Positions 37,677 to 46,400 of a stretch of DNA of 57,039 bases are shown piece by piece. A program made the translations under genes and the position numbers. The notes beneath the pieces were generated by a model. The model worked only from the letters and a program-made list of their open reading frames with translations. It was not told the DNA's origin and ran no database searches. The DNA comes from Planctomycetota bacterium (lineage in GTDB: Bacteria; Planctomycetota; UBA11346). Where the stretch lies: the NCBI GenBank assembly GCA_038231435.1, contig JBBRLJ010000033.1, forward strand, positions 1 to 57,039. The letters are read 5' to 3'. How positions within the stretch are numbered: position 1 is the first letter of the stretch; every line of letters starts with the position of its first letter.

Positions 37677-40600
37677 ATGGGCTTCCAAGGCCAGCTCAGC
37701 TCTGTCAACCTGACTGACATCTTCCAGACGCTGAACATGAATCGGCAGACCGGGACGCTCGCGGTGTCCGGGCCGGTGACGAGCGTGCACATCTATTTCG
37801 ACCAGGGCCAGATCGCCATGTGCTCGGCGCCCGTGGTGAACAACCGTCCGTACCTGCTCGATGCCATGGTGCACAAGGGCCAGCTCGCTGCCGAGAAGGC
37901 CGACGAACTCAGCCAGCAGCTGCGCGCCTCGAACCAACCGCTGAGGGATCTGGTGCTGTCGTCCGGAGCGGTGGCGGACTACGAACTCGACGAGATGAGC
38001 GCGTGGTGCATCGAGGAGCTGGTGTGCCCGGTGTTCGAATGGCAAGAAGGCGACTTCACCTTCATCGACGGCGCGCCAGTCCAGGAGTTGACCTCACTCG
38101 ACGTGGTGGCGATGGGCAACGCGATGGTGCAGACCACGCAGCTGGTGATGGAAGCCACGCGCCGCATGGACGAGTGGAAACGCATCCGCGAGGTCATCAC
38201 CGACCCCGATGCCCTGTACATCGTCGACAACGATGGCCGCGCCAATCTCAAGAACGTGCAGACCGACCCCGAGATGCTCAAGGTGCTGCGCTACCTCGAC
38301 GGGCGCCACTCGCTGAATGCCATCGCCATGTCCGTCGGCGTCACCCGCTTCGACACCTTCGCGATCGTCGCCCAGCTCGTCCTCGCTGGCGTTGCGCGGC
38401 CGAAGACCGCCCAGGAGGTGGTGGACGACGCCGTCTCGCTGATGCAGCAGGGCGACATGCAGCAGGCCAAGGAGCTGCTCGACAACGCCATCCGCCAAGC
38501 CCCGATCCCCGAGGTGATGCGCCCTCTCGCCGAGTGCTGCGTGAAGCTCAACCAGGCCCCGCGCGCGGTCGAGCTGTACCTCGAACTCATCCAGATGGCG
38601 CAGGACCAGGGCGATCTGCCCAACGCGCTCGCCGATCTCGACACCGTCATCAACCTGTCGCCCGACGATCCGGATCTGCATTTCGAGCGCGGCCAGATCC
38701 AGGCCGAGCTCGGCCAAGTCGAACCCGCCGCCGCCTCGTACGCTACCGCCGCGCAGACCTACCTCGCGCGCAAGGATCTGCCGCGCGCCATCGACGCCTG
38801 CCATCGCGCCAAGAATCTCCTGCCGCGTTCCCCAGAACCGCACCGCTACCTGGCGCGTGCGTACCTGCTCGAGGGCCAGACCGAGAACGCGGTGGTGGAA
38901 TACAAATCGCTGTGGCATGCCCTGCTCACCGGCGAGCGGCCGAAGAAGGCGCTGGATACGCTGCGCGCGATCCTCGATGCCGACTGCAAGTACAACAACG
39001 TCAAGGACCAGGTCCTCGGCCATGCGCAGAATTCAGAGGCAATCAAGACCAGCAAGGCGGCGCGCATCCTGGTCTACGTCGCGATCGTCGCGCTCGCGGC
39101 CACCGCCATGGTCTTCGGCTGGGAATATTACCACGGGCACGTCATCAAGCAGTACGGCGAGAGCAAGGTCAACGACTTCGAGGCCACTCTCACCAGTGGC
39201 ATGCAGTCCGGCCGCCATCTCCAACTGCTCGAGGAGCTCGACGATCTCAAGACCAAGTACGGGACCAACTCCGAGGTCAGCCGCCGCCTCGAGGAGCGCC
39301 GCACGCAGATCGAGAAGGACTTCGAAGCGCGCGCCGGCCTCGAGTTCCAACGCGCCGACGCCGCGCGCGAAGCCGGCAAGTACGAAGAGGCCGAGGCCAT
39401 CATCGGCGAGATGAAGGTGAAGTACCAGAACACCCAGTCGGCCTCGAACGCCGACACCATCCTCGAGGCCATCCACTTCGAGCGCATCAAATCGCAGGTA
39501 TCGACGAAGATGAAAGAGGCCGAGAGCCTCTGGAACAACCTCAATTGGGACGGCGCCATCGCCATCCTCCAGACCATCCTCGACCGTAAGGATCTGCCCG
39601 CCTCGCTGCGCGAGGACTACACGCGCTCGATGGCCGAATGGTCCGACGCATCCAAGAGCGCGCAGAAGCTCTACGAGCGCGCCCAGCGCTATGAACAGAA
39701 CGGATCGAAGCACGAGGTGCTCACCGCCTTCCGGCGCGCCGCCACCGGCCAGGGCGAGCAGTGGGCCGACAAGGCCCGCGCCCGCGTGCTCTCTATCGAG
39801 CTCGAGATGGCCCACGACCTCGGGAAGCTCGCCGCCGACGCCGCCAACCGTGGCGACGACCAGGCGACCTTCACCCAGGTGGACGAGCTTGCGACGCTGG
39901 CCAAGGAGGCCTCAGGCCGCACCGTCGGCGACTACTACGCGACGCTCGAGCTGCCCTTCACCCTGCAGATGGACAGCAACCGCGTGCAGCTCTCGATCAA
40001 GCGGCCAGGAGCCGAGGAGAGCCGTGTTTCGGCGCCCGCTGGCAAGCGCGGCAGCTGGTCGGAGCGGATCACCTACCGGGTCAACGAATCGGTCACGGTC
40101 GAGGCCTCGCGTCCGGGATTCTCGCCGCAGAAGTTCTCAATCGACGTGAAGGGACGCAAGACCCAGGCCGTGGTCTCGCTTTCACGCGGTTGGCGCTGGC
40201 GCACCGACCTGTCGGGAGCCTCAGCCACCCGCCCCATCGTCGCCCAGAAGCTGGTGCTGCTCGGCACCGACAAGGGCACCCTCGAGATGATCGACCCGGT
40301 GCTGGGTGCGAACCGCGAGGTGAAGTTCCCGAACAACATCGCCGAATTCACCGTCGCGCCGTTCGTCTACCAGGATCGCGCCTACGCGGTGCTCGACGAC
40401 CACGTCTTCGCGGTGGATCTCAACAGCCGCGTGCGGCTGTGGCAGTGGCCGCAGTCCTTGAACGCCCAGGACCGCCTCAACGGCCACCTGTGGGTCCAGG
40501 AGCACGAGATCAAGCCCGGCCAGCTGCTGGTGTTCGCGGCGACCATCAAAGCTGGCCTGCAGATCATCGAGGTCGACCCCACCGGCGCGACGCGCGCCTA

Positions 40601-41267
40601 TCCCAAGCTGGCGTCCGACGCCGACATCACCGGCGCTCCATTCGTCGACCATCCCGCCGGGATGTCGATCCTGTACGTGCCCGCCGGCACCAGCCTGATC
40701 GCCTACGACATCTCCGAGATCACCGAGCTCAGCCCGCCGCGCAAGCTCTACACCCTGCAATCCCGCGGCGATCTCATCGGCAAGCTGGTCAAGGCCAAGG
40801 TCGCAGACCGCGACTCGCTGATGGTCAGCGACATGTCCGGCGTGGTCATGGCGTTCGACTGCGACCGCAACGTGCCGGACAGCAAGCGCGTCGTCGCGGC
40901 CTGGCCGATCGACGGCACCTCGCCATCGACACCCGTGCTGCTCCCCGGCCAGCCGGTCGCATTCGTCTCGGTCGCCGAGGGGCGCATCGTGGCGATCGAT
41001 CTCGCGCACCCGGGCCAGCTGCTCTGGCGCTTCCCCGCCCAGGGCAGCTTGGGCACCCTGCCCGGGTCCCCCGCCATCGGCGCGCACGGCGTCTATATCG
41101 CCGATGGCAAGGGTCTGCTGCACTGCCTGGATCCGCTGACCGGCAGCGAGCGTTGGAAGGCCGATGTCGGCGGCGCCGCGGTGGGCGGCGTGTTGGCGTA
41201 CGACGGCCGAGTGTTCGTGCCCACCAAGGCTGGGCAGCTGGTCTGCTTCGAGGAAGGCGACGAATAG
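37677..41267 (+). CDS. DUF4388 (PATAN-like)-TPR-TM-PQQ/BamB-like beta-propeller protein
   Basis: 'FQGQLSSVNLTDIFQTL...TGTL...IYFDQG...FEWQEGDFTF...LVMEATRRMDEW'; TPR repeats; TM at about 39065-39123; PQQ-like repeats 'LHCLDPLTGSERW'. Confidence 0.85.
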   Translation: MGFQGQLSSVNLTDIFQTLNMNRQTGTLAVSGPVTSVHIYFDQGQIAMCSAPVVNNRPYLLDAMVHKGQLAAEKADELSQQLRASNQPLRDLVLSSGAVADYELDEMSAWCIEELVCPVFEWQEGDFTFIDGAPVQELTSLDVVAMGNAMVQTTQLVMEATRRMDEWKRIREVITDPDALYIVDNDGRANLKNVQTDPEMLKVLRYLDGRHSLNAIAMSVGVTRFDTFAIVAQLVLAGVARPKTAQEVVDDAVSLMQQGDMQQAKELLDNAIRQAPIPEVMRPLAECCVKLNQAPRAVELYLELIQMAQDQGDLPNALADLDTVINLSPDDPDLHFERGQIQAELGQVEPAAASYATAAQTYLARKDLPRAIDACHRAKNLLPRSPEPHRYLARAYLLEGQTENAVVEYKSLWHALLTGERPKKALDTLRAILDADCKYNNVKDQVLGHAQNSEAIKTSKAARILVYVAIVALAATAMVFGWEYYHGHVIKQYGESKVNDFEATLTSGMQSGRHLQLLEELDDLKTKYGTNSEVSRRLEERRTQIEKDFEARAGLEFQRADAAREAGKYEEAEAIIGEMKVKYQNTQSASNADTILEAIHFERIKSQVSTKMKEAESLWNNLNWDGAIAILQTILDRKDLPASLREDYTRSMAEWSDASKSAQKLYERAQRYEQNGSKHEVLTAFRRAATGQGEQWADKARARVLSIELEMAHDLGKLAADAANRGDDQATFTQVDELATLAKEASGRTVGDYYATLELPFTLQMDSNRVQLSIKRPGAEESRVSAPAGKRGSWSERITYRVNESVTVEASRPGFSPQKFSIDVKGRKTQAVVSLSRGWRWRTDLSGASATRPIVAQKLVLLGTDKGTLEMIDPVLGANREVKFPNNIAEFTVAPFVYQDRAYAVLDDHVFAVDLNSRVRLWQWPQSLNAQDRLNGHLWVQEHEIKPGQLLVFAATIKAGLQIIEVDPTGATRAYPKLASDADITGAPFVDHPAGMSILYVPAGTSLIAYDISEITELSPPRKLYTLQSRGDLIGKLVKAKVADRDSLMVSDMSGVVMAFDCDRNVPDSKRVVAAWPIDGTSPSTPVLLPGQPVAFVSVAEGRIVAIDLAHPGQLLWRFPAQGSLGTLPGSPAIGAHGVYIADGKGLLHCLDPLTGSERWKADVGGAAVGGVLAYDGRVFVPTKAGQLVCFEEGDE

Positions 41268-41477
41268 CCATCGAGGCCATCGCGCCCGATCGCCGGCAAG
41301 GCCTCCCCTCGCAACCATCGACTCGGTTGACCACGCCAATAATCCTGTCCGGACGTTACAAGACCCGTGCGTCTCATCCCGAAGTACTTGCGCCCAAATG
41401 CCTTCGGTGGTGTCATGCCAGGGTGCTGGTGGGCAACGCCACGGCTGAGATGCGGTAGAACATCCCCTGGAGCCGGC

Positions 41478-42017
41478 ATGACGCGCAAGGGTTTCACGTT
41501 GATGGAGTTGCTGGTGGTGATCGGGATCATCATGATCCTGCTCGGCATGCTGTTTCCCGCCATGAACATGGTGAAGAAACAGGCGATGAAGACCAGGTGC
41601 CGGAGCCAGATCGCGCAGGTGACCGTCGCCTGCGAGCACTACCGCCTGCTCAATGGCGACTACCCCGACAGCCTCCTGATCAAGTCCACGCTGATGCCAG
41701 CCGCCACCCCGAAGACCGCCGACACCATCAGCGAGAGCGATTGGGTGGCCGTCGCCGGTGAACTTCTCCCGCTGCTCGCCAAGTCCGATCGCGATCCGTT
41801 CGGCGTGACCGGCTATTCGCTGCTGGACCCGTGGAAGGTCAAGGTCCTGCGCTACCGGCCGGTGAAGTATTATCCGTACCTCGCCGGAGCGCCGATCGCC
41901 ATCGACACCGACGCGCCGCCACATCCGGATTCGTTCCAGATCTGGTCGGCCAGCGCCGACGAGATCGACCAGCACGGCGACAAAGACACCGACGACATCA
42001 CCAATTGGAAGCAGTGA
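41478..42017 (+). CDS. Type II secretion/type IV pilin-like protein (GspG-like)
   Basis: Prepilin site 'KG^FTLMELLVVIGII', 'Y...NGDYP', 'LDPW', 'IWSA..D....DDITNW'. Confidence 0.9.
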   Translation: MTRKGFTLMELLVVIGIIMILLGMLFPAMNMVKKQAMKTRCRSQIAQVTVACEHYRLLNGDYPDSLLIKSTLMPAATPKTADTISESDWVAVAGELLPLLAKSDRDPFGVTGYSLLDPWKVKVLRYRPVKYYPYLAGAPIAIDTDAPPHPDSFQIWSASADEIDQHGDKDTDDITNWKQ

Positions 42018-42025
42018 TCCGGCCC

Positions 42026-43339
42026 ATGCGCAGCGGACCGGTCACTCTGCGAAGGGCGCCATCCACAGCCACGCGGCTGGGCGGGGGCTTCACGCTGATC
42101 GAGCTGCTGGTGGTGATCGGCATCATCATGATCTTCATGGGCATCTCGATCGGCGCGATCCTGCACACCCCGCGTGTCAACGCCCTGGTGGGCACCGAGC
42201 ACATGGTCGCCGACGTGGTGCGGCAAGCCCGCCACGCCGCACGCAGCTCGGGCACTCCGGTGACCATCGAGATCAGCCAGACCGATCGCTCGGTGCTCGG
42301 CGTCAGCCAGCTGATGCTGTGGAACGAGACCTTCGAGGAGACCGCGATCCCGCCACAGTTCTCGGTGCTGATCGGTCGTTCCGGCAAGGGCCTCACCAGT
42401 CTGACCGGCCCGCCGAAGACCTCGCTCGCGCCGATCCCGCTCGACCGCTCCAAGCGCCTGGCCCGCCGCACCGCGCGCGGCCGCACCGAGGGTTTCTACA
42501 TCTCGTGCAGCGTGAAACCCGGTCCGGCGAGCGACAAGGCGATCGTGCCGCTGATCCTGGTCGGCAGCGACGACGAGGACCAGTGCACCTGCGGCTTGGT
42601 GCTGCAGGGCTTGCGCCGGAAGATCCAGCACGTCGACCATGTGCCGGTGCTGCCCACCACGCCGGCGCCATACGAGCCGACCTTCGACTGCTGGGAGATC
42701 CTCGGCTGGGTGAACTCCGAGAGCTCCGGCAAGAAGTGGGTGAGCTCGATCAACGACGTGGCCGCTGGCGGCGAGGTCGAGACGCTGTCCGGCACGGTCC
42801 GCGACACGCCCGCGCTGTTCGATGGTCCCGATATCGCCGCGCCCATGAATGGCGACAGCTGGGACGAGGTCGGCATGCTCTACGACGGCGAGCGCCTCGA
42901 GCTCTACCGCAACGGCGTGCTGGTCGGCGCCAAGCCTTTCGAAGGCGGCTACCTCAGGGGCGCGACCGTGGCCACCGACGACAGTGTCCACCTCGGCCAC
43001 GGCAAGTTCCCCACCAGCCTGAGCCTCCTGCCGGTCGCCGATCAGGAAGTGGAGCTGGGCGGCATCATCGACGACGCGCGCCTCTACCGGCTCGCCATCG
43101 ACCGCGCCGGCACCCTCCCGGCTGGCGTGACGCCGCAAGCGAGCTACCGCATCACCGTGCATCCCGACGGCCATGTGCAGGCCAGCAGCTACGGCGAGAG
43201 TCCCGCGACCATTCCCGTCGCCACCAGCGACCTGAAGTTCGCCATGTCCGGCGGCGTCGCCACGCGCGGAGACCAGCTGGTCACCGTCAACCTCAGCGTC
43301 GATGGGGTCGTCACCAGCGCGACCACCACGGTTCCCTGA
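42026..43339 (+). CDS. Prepilin-like protein (GspH/FimT-like) with LamG-like domain
   Basis: 'GG^FTLIELLVVIGII', 'RQARHAA', 'W..VGMLYDGERLELYRNG', 'GIIDDARLY'; GTG at 42014 is an alternative start. Confidence 0.85.
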   Translation: MRSGPVTLRRAPSTATRLGGGFTLIELLVVIGIIMIFMGISIGAILHTPRVNALVGTEHMVADVVRQARHAARSSGTPVTIEISQTDRSVLGVSQLMLWNETFEETAIPPQFSVLIGRSGKGLTSLTGPPKTSLAPIPLDRSKRLARRTARGRTEGFYISCSVKPGPASDKAIVPLILVGSDDEDQCTCGLVLQGLRRKIQHVDHVPVLPTTPAPYEPTFDCWEILGWVNSESSGKKWVSSINDVAAGGEVETLSGTVRDTPALFDGPDIAAPMNGDSWDEVGMLYDGERLELYRNGVLVGAKPFEGGYLRGATVATDDSVHLGHGKFPTSLSLLPVADQEVELGGIIDDARLYRLAIDRAGTLPAGVTPQASYRITVHPDGHVQASSYGESPATIPVATSDLKFAMSGGVATRGDQLVTVNLSVDGVVTSATTTVP

Positions 43340-43420
43340 TCCGTGATCTCCATGCCACGGACAGACGTTCATCCGCCAGCCCCTCGACGGCCAGACTCTC
43401 CTCGGATACCACGGACAGAC

Positions 43421-46400
43421 ATGCCACGTTCCGGTGCCGCCCTGATCCTCGCCCTGGTGCTGCTCGCGGCCCTGCTGCTGCTCGGCCTGCCCTTCCTGTA
43501 CACGCAGTCCTCCAGCCTCGCAGGCACGCGCTCGTTCGCCGACAGCAAGGTCGCGCAGATCGGGCGCGACAGCGCGGCCAACATGGCCACCGCGATCGCC
43601 GCCTATGCCGAGACCCCGTCGCTGCGCGCGGCCCTGCCGGGAAGCCCGACCGCGGCGTGGACCAGCCTCGCCGAGACTTATGCACCGTGGGCTCCGGTGG
43701 CAGGATTCGCCGCGCCCATCAATCCCGATACCCCCGCCGGCTACAAGGCAGCGGTGGTGCCGCTCGACGCCGGTCCGAACGGAGACGGCTCGATCGGACT
43801 ATTGCCCGAGGGCTTCCCGCTCACGCCGACGGCGTACAACGCGGTTCCCCTGCCTTCGGAGACCAAGCAGCGCACCTACCTGGGCGCGATCGTCACCGAC
43901 GAGGCGGGCAAGCTCGACCCCAACGACATGGGGCCGGTGGTGTGGCAGAAATTCCTCGCGGCCCTCGGGATCACCGACTGGGATGACAACGAGGTGGTGC
44001 CAGCGCCATACCCGTACGACTCCGACACCGTCGGCCAGCTCGCCCAGCATCTCGCCAGCGTGCGCTTCAATCTGCCCGACCGCCGCATCACCGATCTCGA
44101 GCAGCTGCTGCGCGCCAATCCCCAATCGCAGCACCCGCTGTTCCGCCACCGCCTTACCCGCGCCGAGCTCGAGCGCATGCGCCCGTACCTGACGCTGCAC
44201 AACCCGCGCCAAGGCCGCGACGGCTTCATCGATCTCGGCACCGTGGTCGCGCGCGATACCATCCACGACACCTTCTGGCTCGACAGCGTCCCGGATCCGA
44301 AGCATCCGCTGCTGGGCATAGGTTCGGTGGTGGCGAGCGAGACCCAATATGCGACTCCCCCGCAGGCGCACATCATCGGCATGGTCAATGGCATCGCGGA
44401 AACCGGCGAATCCGAACAGGTGGTGCACGGCAAATCCCTGTTCGTCCCTGATCGCGTCGCCAATCCGTTCGCCGCGGTGGGATCGGCCATCGCCATCGAG
44501 GCGCCCGCGCCGCTTAACATCCACCAGCTGGCGGTGGTGGTGCGCAAGACCCTGAACAACGGTTCGGCCGAGAAGCCCGTCGACGATGGCGGCACCCCGG
44601 TCGACGATTCGGTGGTGCGCACCATCGGCCAGCAGGCCGGCGCCAACCCGCCGTCGAGCCTCGGACATTTCCTCACCGTGCCCGGCGCGACACCGACCTA
44701 CGGCAACCTCTTCGGCCTCAGCTACACGCTGAACCTGCCCGTGAATTCCCCCGCATTCACCGTGGCGAACGAACAGCCGCCGCTGGGCATCAGCTCGATG
44801 GGCATCTTCACCATCGAAGCCGCCGCCACCGTCACCGACGTGCTCGGCCGGCAGACCGCGCAGGAGCTGCGCCGCGACGTGATCCAGGCGGTGCCGCAGG
44901 AATACCTGCTCGAGCGCCGCTGGATCACCCAGGGCGATCTGCACACCCTGATCGCACAGCGCTACGCCAGCCAGATGCAGGCCTGGCCGACGGCGTACGA
45001 GCGCCGCCTCGGCGCCGCGGGCGCGCCGATCTTTCCCGACGACCTCGACCTCGGCGTCACGCCTCCTCCACCCATCACCGCTGACTCCGGCATCCGCCCG
45101 CGCGTGCTGCCCGACATCGCGGCGCTCGCCGCCACCGCCCCCAACGTCGAGGAGCTGCGCAATACCCACGTCGCCGTCGATTGGCGCGTCTCGTTCGGCG
45201 GCGAGAAGATGGCCCTCGACGCCGACATCTTCAGCGCCACCACCACCGTCGCCACGCCCGACGCGCCGTACAAGCCGGTGGCTCCCGCGGCGGCGGCCGT
45301 CGACATCACGCCCGACGGCTATGACCACCAGCTCAGCGCCGATCTCGCCTACCGGCTGCACGGGCAGACGCTCCCAGTCGCGCCTGCCTCGAACAACGTC
45401 GGCTTCCTCACCGAGCGCCGTCCGGTCGACCCGGCCATCGATTCGCACGAGCTGACCTCTCGGCACCTCAGCTTGTGGTTCAAACCCAAGAACGACTGGA
45501 CCGGCGGCGGCGTCATCCCGATCTGCGAAGCGCGCATACCGGTGGCGACCGCGATCCCGCAGCTCGGGCAGGTCGCGGCGGCCGCGGGCGCCGACGACAG
45601 CCAGAACTACCTCGGGCTCTATTACGACGACAGCAAGGAGATGCTGATCCTGGCGTTGGCCCCGCCCAGCGCCGAACACGACGTCGATTACAGCCCCGGC
45701 GGCGCCACCACCTACCCGCCAGACAACGTCACCTCGATCACCTCGATGACCATCGACGAACGCTCGCTGTCGAGCTTCTTCATCCCGACCGACGCGAAAC
45801 CGTTGTGCCCGAAGGACCCGAACCTCCTCGGCTTCTCGTCCCTCGGCAAGGCCAACCGCGTCCTGCACTGCTACTGCACGCCGAAATCAGACACCAAGCC
45901 GCACTTCCGCCAGAACCAGTGGTACCACCTGCAGGTGGCGCTCGCGAGCGACCGCGCCGAAGGCGCGGACATCATCCTCGACGGCGTCGTCGGCCAAGAG
46001 CTGGCGCACCGCGCGGTGGGATCCACCGCCGTGCTCGGTGACCACTTCACCCTGCCCAGCGCGATCCTCCAGACTCCCCTGCCGTATGCCGTGAACGACG
46101 CGAGCATGACGCTCTACGTCGCCGACATCGCGCTCACCACCCCCATGGGCATCCCGTTGACCCAGCTCCTGCCGGCGCGCGGTTTCGTACGCATCGACGA
46201 CGAGTACATCCGCTACGATTCCATCATCGGTTCGAACCTGCACGATTGCATGCGCGGGCAGCGGCAGAACACCTTCGTCACCGGCGCCGATCCACTGAAG
46301 CAGTATCCCAACATCCAACAGCACCTGGTCGGCGCGCTGGTGGTGCCCGGCGGCTACCGCCTGGGCCTGGACACCGGGCGCATCTACCGCGGAGGCTGCG

